Virus record (IMG/VR): IMGVR_UViG_3300045988_051134
DNA length: 46,789 nucleotides
Origin: a virus
Reading direction: 5' to 3' (one strand)
Shown: positions 28,706 through 37,057 of the stretch, in pieces
Layout of the letters: the number at the start of each line of letters is the position of its first letter
Position numbering within the stretch: position 1 is the first letter of the stretch
Made by a program: the position numbers and the translations under genes
Notes under the pieces: model-generated
Database searches by the model: none
What the model was told of the DNA's origin: nothing
What the model saw: only the letters and a program-made list of their open reading frames with translations

Positions 28706-28873
28706 ATGACAGAATACCTCACGGCCGTTAAAGCAGCCGAATACCTGGGAGTTTCCAGAACAACTTTCTGGAGGCTTCGCAGAGATTATCCACTAAAAGC
28801 CTACTTTTTCGAAGCGTCGCCCCGTTTTAAACGGAGTGACATAGATAAGCGGGCCAAACAGTTTAAGGAGTAG
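28706..28873 (+). CDS. Small HTH DNA-binding protein (excisionase/AlpA-like fold)
   Basis: 55 aa with GAGGAGGGGGAGG RBS. LTAVKAAEYLGVSRTTFWRLRRD. Confidence 0.55.
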   Translation: MTEYLTAVKAAEYLGVSRTTFWRLRRDYPLKAYFFEASPRFKRSDIDKRAKQFKE

Positions 28874-28877
28874 AAGA

Positions 28878-28970
28878 ATGAGCGCACTAGACATCATTTG
28901 TGTCGTCGCCCTGGCGTTCTTGGCCGGGGTGGTAGTAGGTACGCCAGACAAGAGCAGATTCTACAAATAA
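28878..28970 (+). CDS. Hypothetical 30-aa membrane peptide
   Basis: ATG 7 nt after AAGGAG. MSALDIICVVALAFLAGVVVGTPDKSRFYK. Confidence 0.3.
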   Translation: MSALDIICVVALAFLAGVVVGTPDKSRFYK

Positions 28971-28982
28971 GGAGGTGATGGT

Positions 28983-29069
28983 ATGAGCAAGCAAACAATT
29001 AAAAAGCTGATTAAGGCTTCAAACGCCTTTCTCAGCAGTAAAAAAGCTACTCCCGCAAAGCGGAAGTAG
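28983..29069 (+). CDS. Hypothetical 28-aa basic peptide
   Basis: ATG after AAGGAGGTG. MSKQTIKKLIKASNAFLSSKKATPAKRK. Confidence 0.3.
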   Translation: MSKQTIKKLIKASNAFLSSKKATPAKRK

Positions 29070-29123
29070 CCAGCAAAATTTAAACGGCGATATGCAAGAT
29101 CGCCTAGAAAGAAGTATATCACA

Positions 29124-29414
29124 ATGCTTTACAATATTAGTACGCATCTCAACGAGATCATCAAGAAATCGGATGAATTTGAAGCCCAGCTCTATGACTG
29201 GGCTAAGCAAGGATCATCAAGCCCGCAGGGAGCTATCGACAAGATCCGGCGGGTTGTGTCCGATGAGTTTCCAGACGGATATGCAGCCACTCGCGATGAC
29301 GTGGTCAAGGTAGCCCTAATCCGGAAGGAACTGGAAGACGTGATCCGCAAAATTAAGAAGGAGGCACTCCGCCAGAAATGGCCTACGAACTCAGAGGATA
29401 CCAGCAAGAGTTAA
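29124..29414 (+). CDS. Hypothetical protein
   Basis: 96-aa ORF collinear with the early genes; weak RBS. Confidence 0.5.
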   Translation: MLYNISTHLNEIIKKSDEFEAQLYDWAKQGSSSPQGAIDKIRRVVSDEFPDGYAATRDDVVKVALIRKELEDVIRKIKKEALRQKWPTNSEDTSKS

Positions 29415-30775
29415 TCACTAGAATCCGGCAGTCTCTGGCCAGTGGCCACCGACACATCATCGTCCAAAGCCCGCCAAGAACGGGCAAGACGGTGGTGATG
29501 GCAGAGATCGCCAGGCGGACGACCGATAAGGGCAAAAGGGTTTGCTTTATCATCCACCGCAAGGAAGTGCTGGAACAGGCCAAAGCCACCTTCCAAGAGC
29601 AGGGAGTGGATCTCGATCTACTGGAGGCAGGCATGGTCCAGACTTTAACCAGGCATGTGGATACGATGCAAGAGCCAGAGGTGATTCTCATTGATGAAGC
29701 CCACCACGCTCTTGCAAAAAGCTACACGCGGATCCTGGAGGCTTTTCCAACCGCCTATGTCCTGTTCTTTACGGCCACTCCGGTCAGAACAGGCCGGAAC
29801 CAGCTTGATCAGATCGCTGGCGACATTATCGTCGGCAAGTCGATCAAGGAGCTGACAGAACTGGGCTTCCTGGCCCCGTTTAAGTACTACGCGGCCAAAG
29901 ACAAGGACGTGGACGATAAAAAGCTCCGCAGGTCCAGCACTGGTGATTACGTCACCGCCTCGATCGAAGAAGCTGTCAGTCACAAGATTTACTCCCACAC
30001 AGTGGACGAGTATCTCGACAAGGCTGGCGGCAAGCAAGCAGTGGTCTACACCTACTCAGTCGAAGCCGCTAACCACCTGGCGGACGAATTTAACGCCAGA
30101 GGGATCACGGCAGAGGCTATTGACGCCACCACGCCTACCATGGTTAGAGACACAGCAGTCCGGAAATTTAGGGATCAGCAGCTGAAAGTGCTGGTCAATG
30201 TCAACCTTTTTACGGAAGGCATAGACTTGCCAAACGTCGACTGCGTGATCATGGTCAGACCGACCATGTCGCTGGCGCTCTACATGCAGTTCAGCATGCG
30301 GTGCCTCAACCCGCGACCTGGGAAGGTGGCCACGATCATCGACCAAGTCGGCAACTGGGAGCGGTTTGGCCTGCCAAACACCGATCGGGACTGGAAAGCC
30401 CTGGCCAAAAGCAAGGCCAAGGCGGCAAAATCCCTAAAGCGGGGCAATATCCAAGTTATCCAGTGCCCAGACTGCTTCGGGGTAGTGGAGAGAAAAGAGG
30501 TGGAAAACAATACCTGCCCCGAATGTGGTTACTCACCACTGGTCAAGAAGTGCGAATTTGCCGAACAAAAGGCAGAACTGGTCGAGATCAAGGAAAGCGA
30601 CCAGGTTAAGCGAATTAAGAAACTCATAAATGACCAAGTGATGCTGAACGTTTCCACCAAGCGGATTGATCAGCTTCAGAGTCGCCAAGAATTTCAAGCA
30701 TATGCCAAACTACATGGCTATAAGCCAGGATGGGTCTGGTATATGTGGAATAAAAAACGGAAAGGAACTATCTAA
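29378..30775 (+). CDS. SF2 DEAD/DEAH-box helicase with C-terminal zinc ribbon
   Basis: 465 aa. LRGYQ, Walker A PPRTGKT, DEAH (LIDEAHH), and CPDC...CPEC ribbon. Confidence 0.85.
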   Translation: MAYELRGYQQELITRIRQSLASGHRHIIVQSPPRTGKTVVMAEIARRTTDKGKRVCFIIHRKEVLEQAKATFQEQGVDLDLLEAGMVQTLTRHVDTMQEPEVILIDEAHHALAKSYTRILEAFPTAYVLFFTATPVRTGRNQLDQIAGDIIVGKSIKELTELGFLAPFKYYAAKDKDVDDKKLRRSSTGDYVTASIEEAVSHKIYSHTVDEYLDKAGGKQAVVYTYSVEAANHLADEFNARGITAEAIDATTPTMVRDTAVRKFRDQQLKVLVNVNLFTEGIDLPNVDCVIMVRPTMSLALYMQFSMRCLNPRPGKVATIIDQVGNWERFGLPNTDRDWKALAKSKAKAAKSLKRGNIQVIQCPDCFGVVERKEVENNTCPECGYSPLVKKCEFAEQKAELVEIKESDQVKRIKKLINDQVMLNVSTKRIDQLQSRQEFQAYAKLHGYKPGWVWYMWNKKRKGTI

Positions 30776-31467
30776 TGTTTCAATTGCCGAAAGATGAGAC
30801 ACTTCACCCAAAGTGTCAGCCTAAAAACTTCTTTATCTACGGGGCCACGATGTCTGGAAAGAGCTTCTTCTCAAGCTATTTCCCACATCCCTTGGTACTC
30901 AATACCGACGGTAACAGCGCCCAAGGGACTGCACCAAGCATCCAGATCCGGAATGTCCGGAACAAGGACGGAAGTTTAAAGAAGGGATGCATCGAGCAGC
31001 TTGATGAAATCATCACGGCTCTCCAGCAGCCGGGAGTGACGTTTCAGACGATCGTAGTAGATGTCACTGAAGATGTCTGCACGATGATGGAGCAGGACAT
31101 CTGCTTACGTCACGGCGTCAGAACAATTGGCGATATCCCCTATGGAGCTGGCTACGCAGAACTAAGTGCCTGCGTCCAACAATTCGTCATGGACTTGAAG
31201 GCTTTGCCGATGAACATTATCTACATCTCCAGAGAGCTGGAGATTGTAGACGATCAAGGCAAGACCAAGACGATGCCTGCGCTTAAAAGCCGCTACTACA
31301 ACATCGTCAACGGCAACTGTGACCTGGTGGTGAGAACTTTTAAGATCGGTGACCAGCACTACCGGACAGTTGTAGACAAGCGGGCCGACTACAAGCCAGA
31401 AGATATCGAAGACAAGAGAATCCGGCAGCTCTTAGAAAGCTGCCAGAACATGTTTAAGAAGAATTAA
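30775..31467 (+). CDS. AAA_24/Sak4-like RecA-type ATPase
   Basis: 230 aa with Walker A GATMSGKS. Conserved helicase-ATPase-DUF669 gene order. Confidence 0.65.
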   Translation: MFQLPKDETLHPKCQPKNFFIYGATMSGKSFFSSYFPHPLVLNTDGNSAQGTAPSIQIRNVRNKDGSLKKGCIEQLDEIITALQQPGVTFQTIVVDVTEDVCTMMEQDICLRHGVRTIGDIPYGAGYAELSACVQQFVMDLKALPMNIIYISRELEIVDDQGKTKTMPALKSRYYNIVNGNCDLVVRTFKIGDQHYRTVVDKRADYKPEDIEDKRIRQLLESCQNMFKKN

Positions 31468-31486
31468 TTATTAGGAGGAAACAATT

Positions 31487-32056
31487 ATGTCAATGTTAGA
31501 TGTACTTAAGAGTTTGGAAAGCGAACACTTTGATGCCAAGAAGGGCAAGGTTTCAGAAAACATTGAAGCTTTACCAGAAGGCACCTACAACTGCGTCCTT
31601 AAAAGCGTGACGCACCGGGCCAAGAATGGCCGTGGATTCTTGATGTTCGGCCTTGAAGTAGTCGATGGCGACTACGCAGGCCGGACCGAATCAATCTTCC
31701 CAACCTTGGAGCAGACCACCAGCAAGGGCAACCCGATGCCTGACTTCGTACTTGCCCGTTCAATCAAGACAATCAAAATTATCGGTGCCATGGTTGGCCT
31801 GGACGTGCCTAACCAGTGCTTCCTGGATGACGATACTGACGCTAATTACGACAGCATCGAGAAGGCTTTTGACGGCTTTGAGGGCAAGATGCTGCAGATG
31901 ACCATCAAGCTGAGCCCAAACAAAAAGAACCCAGACCAACCATACCGCAACTACGAATTTGCTCCAGCTGAACAGCCCAAGGTGGCAGAAGTCAAGGATG
32001 ATCCTTTTGCCCAAGCAGCTGGTGCTGAAGTAGACGAATCAGACCTGCCATTCTAG
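31487..32056 (+). CDS. DUF669-like protein (putative ssDNA-binding, acidic tail)
   Basis: 189 aa with TAGGAGG RBS. Acidic C-terminus EVDESDLPF, typical of SSB-type partner tails. The call is partly position-based. Confidence 0.5.
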   Translation: MSMLDVLKSLESEHFDAKKGKVSENIEALPEGTYNCVLKSVTHRAKNGRGFLMFGLEVVDGDYAGRTESIFPTLEQTTSKGNPMPDFVLARSIKTIKIIGAMVGLDVPNQCFLDDDTDANYDSIEKAFDGFEGKMLQMTIKLSPNKKNPDQPYRNYEFAPAEQPKVAEVKDDPFAQAAGAEVDESDLPF

Positions 32057-32066
32057 GGGGCTTACC

Positions 32067-32315
32067 ATGTACTACATCCCGCAAAGAGGTGGTCAAAACC
32101 GCCTGGATCCCTCAGAGATCAAGGCTAGACTGGCCCAGAAGGCCGGAAATTGGGAAATTCTCTATCCCGATATTGACGACATTGTAAGACTGCGGACCAG
32201 CATCGAAGTTCGGTGCAGGGACTGTGGACGGATCAAGACAATCGGCCTACAAAGCTGGATCTCGCCAGAGCACATCAACCGCGGATGCCCATACTGTGAA
32301 GGAACGAGAAAGTAA
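32067..32315 (+). CDS. Hypothetical zinc-binding protein
   Basis: 82 aa with CRDCG...CPYC. Confidence 0.5.
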   Translation: MYYIPQRGGQNRLDPSEIKARLAQKAGNWEILYPDIDDIVRLRTSIEVRCRDCGRIKTIGLQSWISPEHINRGCPYCEGTRK

Positions 32316-33101
32316 ATGGAAAACCTTGTAAACTACGCGAAAAGCTATGCAGCACATGGCTTTAGCGTAATCCCGATCGTAAATAAACGGCCGCTGGTCA
32401 AGTTTGCTAACAGACCGGCTTTAACCAAAGAGGAGATTGATGCCATTTGGACCAAGCATCCAACGGCATCGATTGCCTTGCAGACACGTGAGTTCTTGGT
32501 GATTGATGTCGACCGCCATGAAGGTGGCGACGGCATGGAGTCGATCAAAGCCCTGGGCCATAACGAGTGGTTCAAGGACACGCTTTGCGAGCAAACTCAC
32601 TCCGGCGGCTTTCACTTTTATTTCCGGAAACCAGCCAAGCAGACTATCACACAAAACATCGGCTTTTTGCCACATGTTGACCTAAAAGCCCACGATAATA
32701 ACTATGTGGTAGTGGCACCGTCACCAGGATACAAGTGGCTCAACCACAAGCCGATCCAGCCTTTGCCAGATGGTTTGCTGGAACTAATTTTAAAAAAGCA
32801 AGCCGAATCCAAGCCATCGGCCGGAGTGGAAGCAGGGTACAAAGTCGATTCCAAGACAGCGACCGCAGCCCTTTTTGAGCAAATTGTCGACGGATTGGGC
32901 GCTACAGGCGGCAGAAATAACGCTCTGGCGTCGTTTGTCGGTGGTCTGCTATATCGGGGCGTAGATCCTTATAAAGCCGCTCAGCTAGCTCTTTTGGCCA
33001 ATGAAAACACGCAAGACAAACTAACCATCGCTGAAGTAGAGAAGACAGTCAATTCAATGATTGAGAAGGAATTACGAAGAAGGGCGGGCGCAGATGAGTG
33101 A
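32316..33101 (+). CDS. Bifunctional DNA primase/polymerase (Prim-Pol) N-terminal domain protein
   Basis: 261 aa. GFSVIPI, LVIDVDRH and SGGFHFYF motifs. Confidence 0.75.
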   Translation: MENLVNYAKSYAAHGFSVIPIVNKRPLVKFANRPALTKEEIDAIWTKHPTASIALQTREFLVIDVDRHEGGDGMESIKALGHNEWFKDTLCEQTHSGGFHFYFRKPAKQTITQNIGFLPHVDLKAHDNNYVVVAPSPGYKWLNHKPIQPLPDGLLELILKKQAESKPSAGVEAGYKVDSKTATAALFEQIVDGLGATGGRNNALASFVGGLLYRGVDPYKAAQLALLANENTQDKLTIAEVEKTVNSMIEKELRRRAGADE

Positions 33102-34413
33102 TAAATTTCACGTCGTGACGGACAAGGCGGACGAACTTAAAAAGGCCCAGTCGAAAAAGAAACTAAATTTCATCTTGAATTCTCAAGACCAGGTCAAGTC
33201 GACCAGTTTGGCCAACGTTGCGTTGATCCTCCGGACTGATCCACATCTGGCAGGTGTGTTCAAATGGAATGCCTTCACCGAGGCAATTGACGCCACCAAG
33301 GACGTCAAAATCGACCTATCCAAGTGGAACATGCCAAATATCCATATCAAAAAGGGGCCGATCAACGACCACGTGGTCGACGACATTGCCTTATACTGCG
33401 ATATCTATCCCGACTATCGGGTGGCTTTTAAATCGCCGCTTATCTTTCAGGCGCTGGGGACGGTAGCCCGGGACCAGGCTTATAACCCGGTCACTGACTA
33501 CCTCAAAGCTTGCTACAAAAAGTGGGATAAGAAGGCCCGCATAACCGACTTTCTGCCGGACTACCTGGGAGCTGACCGTACCCCTGCCAACAATTTGATC
33601 ATTAAGTTAGTATTGATGGGTGTGGTGGCTAAAGCCGCCAATCCCAACACTAAATTTGACTGGGTCTTGGACCTGGTCGGTGGTCAAGGCGTCGGCAAAA
33701 CCACCCTGCTGATGAAGCTGGCACCGCCTGGGACATATACAGACCAGTTCTTAAGCTTTACGGACAAGGACGACTTTGCAGCTATGCGAAATGCGTTGAT
33801 TGTCAACGACGACGAAATGACAGTTTCAAACCGGACTTCTTTTGAAGAAATCAAGAAGTTCATCACCATGAAAGAGTTCACTTACCGTCCACCATATGCC
33901 CGGTCAAATGAAACTTTCAAAAAGAAATTTGTTCTGTTCCGGACGACGAACGAGGTCCGACACCTTAAGGATAAATCCGGTGACCGTCGATTCTTGTCGA
34001 TCATGTGCCACCGGGAACAGCAGAAGCTGCATCCCGTGACCGACCTGGACAAGTCATACATCGATCAGATCTGGGGGGAAGCAGTATACCTCTATAAGAC
34101 AACCACCGAGCCGTTTAAGTTGACCCCAGAACAGAACGAATTACTAGATGAAAGCCGTCAGCAATTCATGTACACCACCGCGCTCGAAGATAACTTGCGC
34201 GACGCGCTGGCTAATGATTTTGCAGATCGCACTTTCATCTCAAATAATGAGCTTTGGCAGGACCTGCAGGTCATCGGCGGCGGTACTGCACTTACGGAAC
34301 GACAAAAAGAAAAGGTTCGTTACTACATGGAACACATGGGTTGGAACGTAGGTGCGGTTCGAAAGGTCAAATCGGGGAATTCACGCAAGTCTTTACGTGG
34401 ATTTTCCAGATAG
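33094..34413 (+). CDS. VirE-family P-loop primase-associated helicase
   Basis: Track ORF starts at 33061; ATG 33094 is more likely. Walker A GGQGVGKT and Walker B-like LIVNDDE. The last 6 nt fall inside the inverted repeat. Confidence 0.75.
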   Translation: MSDKFHVVTDKADELKKAQSKKKLNFILNSQDQVKSTSLANVALILRTDPHLAGVFKWNAFTEAIDATKDVKIDLSKWNMPNIHIKKGPINDHVVDDIALYCDIYPDYRVAFKSPLIFQALGTVARDQAYNPVTDYLKACYKKWDKKARITDFLPDYLGADRTPANNLIIKLVLMGVVAKAANPNTKFDWVLDLVGGQGVGKTTLLMKLAPPGTYTDQFLSFTDKDDFAAMRNALIVNDDEMTVSNRTSFEEIKKFITMKEFTYRPPYARSNETFKKKFVLFRTTNEVRHLKDKSGDRRFLSIMCHREQQKLHPVTDLDKSYIDQIWGEAVYLYKTTTEPFKLTPEQNELLDESRQQFMYTTALEDNLRDALANDFADRTFISNNELWQDLQVIGGGTALTERQKEKVRYYMEHMGWNVGAVRKVKSGNSRKSLRGFSR

Positions 34414-34532
34414 GTGTAGTCAAAAATGAAAATCTGAACCCTTGGGAGAGTAGGGCTCAGCGCGACGGTGTAGTCAGATGTAGTCACCTTGTAGTCAGCC
34501 TCAGCCCTTGGGAGAGTAAGGATTATAGTGTA

Positions 34533-34560
34533 TTGACTACATGACTACGCCTATTATAAA
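34533..34560 (+). promoter_or_regulatory. Candidate sigma-A promoter inside R2
   Basis: TTGACT (34533-38), 16-nt spacer, TATAAA (34555-60), pointing toward the 74-aa ORF. Overlaps the heptamers and the palindrome. Confidence 0.3.
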
Positions 34561-34581
34561 AAATAAACTTTTTATAATAGG
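34550..34581. repeat. Perfect AT-rich palindrome (13-bp arms, 6-nt spacer)
   Basis: cctattataaaaa-ataaac-tttttataatagg. Followed by G-rich ggggtgtggtcaggtgggatggggggg (to 34607). Confidence 0.9.
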
Positions 34582-34725
34582 GGGTGTGGTCAGGTGGGAT
34601 GGGGGGGTATTTATAAAAAGTTGGGAAAGGTGTAGTCATGTAGTCACCTCGCCAAAACCCTTGGGAGAGTAAGGCTGAGGCTGACTACAGGGTGACTACA
34701 ATGACTACACTAGGAGAAAAAAACA

Positions 34726-34950
34726 ATGACAAAATGGATCGAAAACATCGAGGAGCCGGTGGTCTGGGCAGTGATGGAAGAAGTTAATGGACGGCTGCAG
34801 GTGTGTAGAGCAGGCAGTCATCCAATGATCTATGTCAGCCAGGCTATGGCCAGGGCTCAAATGAGACGACTTAAAAAAAGCGGTGGTGACCTGCCACTAA
34901 AAATCGTTCGCTATACTGCGGACTCAGAAATTTTAAACTGGAGGGATTAA
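34726..34950 (+). CDS. Hypothetical protein
   Basis: 74 aa with TAGGAG RBS; first gene after R2. Confidence 0.55.
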   Translation: MTKWIENIEEPVVWAVMEEVNGRLQVCRAGSHPMIYVSQAMARAQMRRLKKSGGDLPLKIVRYTADSEILNWRD

Positions 34951-34996
34951 CGATGACTAAACACAAGAGAAAGCCAAACAAGCGGGTGGTGGGCGT

Positions 34997-35215
34997 ATGA
35001 CCTACCTATTCGCTGAAGCATACGCCAAAAACGCTATAGAAGGCCGCAGAGAGGCTTGCAAGGAGTTAGTGGCCAATTATGCCCACGTTTATCGGAAACC
35101 GCCTAAAGCTGTTCTAATTGCCATTAGCGTGATGTTAATGAATTCGGTTAATTACAGCTATGCCGACTATGACAAGGTCAAAAGGATGATTATTGAGATG
35201 ATGGAGGCGCAGTAG
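34997..35215 (+). CDS. Hypothetical protein
   Basis: 72-aa ORF, collinear. Confidence 0.55.
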   Translation: MTYLFAEAYAKNAIEGRREACKELVANYAHVYRKPPKAVLIAISVMLMNSVNYSYADYDKVKRMIIEMMEAQ

Positions 35216-35219
35216 AATA

Positions 35220-35552
35220 ATGCGAGAATCGGACATTCAAAAACTAACCATGGTGGCTTTGACCAAAGCCGGCTGCAAGGTGTTCCGGGCCAACGCAGGG
35301 AAATTCCTCAGCCTGGACGGGAAGCACGTTATCCAAGGCCTGCCGAATGGGTTCTTCGACTTATTTGGCTTCAAGACTGACGACCACCAGGTCTTTTTTA
35401 TCGAGATGAAAACTAAAATGGGGCGACCAAGGGAAAGTCAAAAACGATTCCACGAGATGCTTACCAACTGCGGTATCATCCATGGCATTGCTAGGTCGCC
35501 CGAAGATGCAGTGAAGATTATTAGAGAGGAGCTGATTGGTTATGGCTTTTAA
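35220..35552 (+). CDS. VRR-NUC domain nuclease
   Basis: 110 aa. ESDIQ...PNGFFDLFGF...FFIEMKT pattern (D...E.K of the PD-(D/E)xK fold). Confidence 0.65.
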   Translation: MRESDIQKLTMVALTKAGCKVFRANAGKFLSLDGKHVIQGLPNGFFDLFGFKTDDHQVFFIEMKTKMGRPRESQKRFHEMLTNCGIIHGIARSPEDAVKIIREELIGYGF

Positions 35553-35805
35553 TGGACAAACGTTATACCGCCTCTTTGACTGGTGGCAAGTAAACGGCAA
35601 CCCGAAGATTAGCATTTGGTTTGACTATGACGGCGAGCTTTTCTTTTACGACAGCGACCGGACGGAGCGCGTGGCACGTATTATGCGGCTGGGTGATGGA
35701 CCATGTTTCCTGGATTACGACTCTAAGGATGATCCTTTTACGGACCAAGAGCACCAGGAACTGGAAAAATTTATGAGGGACAACAATGCAAAGTCTTACG
35801 ATTAG
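35536..35805 (+). CDS. Hypothetical protein
   Basis: 89-aa ORF overlapping the upstream gene end. Confidence 0.55.
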   Translation: MVMAFNGQTLYRLFDWWQVNGNPKISIWFDYDGELFFYDSDRTERVARIMRLGDGPCFLDYDSKDDPFTDQEHQELEKFMRDNNAKSYD

Positions 35806-35929
35806 TTTGAGTTGGGGAGTTTGGATCCTGGTCACGATTTGGTTGATGCTTAAGCCAAACTGGCTTAACTTCGCGGCCTGGGCGGCCTTGATGGCAACCA
35901 GCTTCACAAGTGTTTATTTAGCAAGGTAA
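35786..35929 (+). CDS. Hypothetical 47-aa membrane protein
   Basis: MQSLTISLSWGVWILVTIWLMLKPNWLNFAAWAALMATSFTSVYLAR. Two hydrophobic helices. Below the track cutoff. Confidence 0.4.
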   Translation: MQSLTISLSWGVWILVTIWLMLKPNWLNFAAWAALMATSFTSVYLAR

Positions 35930-35940
35930 GGTTTAAAAAA

Positions 35941-36180
35941 ATGGAAAAGGAATTTTATCCGACGAAATACGGCTTACAATCGCGCTTCAAACTGGCAGTA
36001 AACACGCCAGAGCCAATTGCGCGCTGGGTTGATGCCCAGCCAAGAGCAGTGTATGGCATTGAGCGCAAAGTTGATGGATTAGAAATCACTGTCAGCAAGC
36101 GGGGACGGCGGAAGCTCATTCCCTGGTGCTGGATCACAGGATTAAGACAAGCGGGGTATAATTATGAACTTCCATTGTAA
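35941..36180 (+). CDS. Hypothetical protein
   Basis: 79-aa ORF. Confidence 0.55.
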   Translation: MEKEFYPTKYGLQSRFKLAVNTPEPIARWVDAQPRAVYGIERKVDGLEITVSKRGRRKLIPWCWITGLRQAGYNYELPL

Positions 36181-36325
36181 TTGGTGCGGCACTGTTCTGG
36201 AAAAAGGGGACAGCTATCTGGAATATCAAGGCCTAGGATTCTGCTGCATGGAATGTGCAACAGACTACATCATGAGTGATACAGAGCTATTAGAGAAAGT
36301 AGTAGGGGAGGACGAAAGATTATGA
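36164..36325 (+). CDS. Hypothetical 53-aa zinc-finger-like protein
   Basis: MNFHCNWCGTVLEKGDSYLEYQGLGFCCMECATDY... (CxxC...CxxC). Overlaps both neighbours in the manner of translationally coupled genes. Confidence 0.45.
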   Translation: MNFHCNWCGTVLEKGDSYLEYQGLGFCCMECATDYIMSDTELLEKVVGEDERL

Positions 36326-36477
36326 GTTACGGTTTTGAAGTTAAAAAGACTGGCCAGGGCTATCACGTGGCCAAGCCAGGGTTTGATTTGATGGTCAGCA
36401 GAGAATTCTTGCAATCAATGGATTACACCGAATTGCGACGCCTTGAGTTAGTTATTCGCGACTTGATGAAGGAGTAA
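36322..36477 (+). CDS. Hypothetical 51-aa protein
   Basis: ATGA overlap with the upstream ORF. MSYGFEVKKTGQGYHVAKPGFDLMVSREFLQSMDYTELRRLELVIRDLMKE. Confidence 0.4.
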   Translation: MSYGFEVKKTGQGYHVAKPGFDLMVSREFLQSMDYTELRRLELVIRDLMKE

Positions 36478-36481
36478 TTCT

Positions 36482-36970
36482 ATGGACAACTTGGATCAAA
36501 GATTGACCGCTCGCAGGGTAGATCAGTACCTTAAGCACGACTTTGAGCGATATCTACGCCAGTGTGGTGCACACAGGGCTGATATAAGTTCACCTAGCAT
36601 GTCTGGAATGCCCTCCGGTTCATTTACCAATCACCAAGAAGAAAAGCTTGTAGAGGGCTTATATGCGGCTTCTGTGGTCGACTGCATCAAGCATACAATT
36701 GCCAACTGCGCCGACGGGGACATTCGCAAACCCTACAAAATCATCCTGGTGGACTACTACCTCAAGGGCATGCAAGGGTTTAAGATCGCTCAAAAAATTG
36801 GCTACTCAGATCGGCAATTCGCGAATAAGAAGCGACTTGCACTTTGCGAATTTGCGGACCGTTTTGAGTACTGGAAGCTGGTGTTTAAGGTACAAGATCA
36901 GCCTTGTTTGCAAGTGCCAAAAAATGCACAAAGTATGCACGCAACGTGCACGGCAAAAGAGATATTATAA
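36482..36970 (+). CDS. ArpU-family phage late transcriptional regulator
   Basis: 162 aa. SSPSMSGMPSGSFTNHQEEKLV...ILVDYYLKG...IAQKIGYSDRQFANKKRLALCEFADRF fits the ArpU family pattern. Typical position upstream of terS. Confidence 0.7.
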   Translation: MDNLDQRLTARRVDQYLKHDFERYLRQCGAHRADISSPSMSGMPSGSFTNHQEEKLVEGLYAASVVDCIKHTIANCADGDIRKPYKIILVDYYLKGMQGFKIAQKIGYSDRQFANKKRLALCEFADRFEYWKLVFKVQDQPCLQVPKNAQSMHATCTAKEIL

Positions 36971-37023
36971 TAACGTAAACAAAAATAAATGTTTGTCAGC
37001 TTTATACCGAAAGTTTAGTCATA

Positions 37024-37055
37024 GCTGCGGGTGGGTTCGACTCCCACCTGCAGCA
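37024..37055 (+). other. tRNA-like minihelix (acceptor stem stacked on T-arm)
   Basis: gctgcgg-gtggg-TTCGACT-cccac-ctgcagc-a. 7-bp stem (one G-U) contiguous with a perfect 5-bp T-stem and a canonical 7-nt T-loop. No D or anticodon arm upstream. Confidence 0.5.
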
Positions 37056-37057
37056 TT

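Larger units (their letters stand above)
34408..34725. repeat. Repeat block R2: iteron-like heptamer arrays, stem-loops, AT-rich palindrome and G-rich tract; candidate origin of replication
   Basis: GTAGTCA at 34416, 34470, 34480, 34491, 34632, 34640. TGACTAC at 34534, 34542, 34682, 34693, 34702. Spacings are 8-11 bp. Core CCCTTGGGAGAGTA(A/G)GG occurs x3. Lies immediately 3' of the primase/VirE gene. Confidence 0.6.

Noticed and set aside
12383-34407. Defence or anti-defence systems, DGR, toxin-antitoxin or other accessory cassettes in the unique core
   Set aside because: Every sizeable ORF fits the standard tail, lysis, early or replication modules. There is no reverse transcriptase, nuclease-ATPase pair or other recognisable accessory system. 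Small hypothetical ORFs remain uncharacterised, but nothing supports a specific claim.
34408-34725. Possible CRISPR array, because of the many short repeats
   Set aside because: The repeat unit is only 7-8 nt with 1-4 nt between copies, and it occurs in both orientations. There are no 25-40-nt repeats, no spacers and no cas genes.
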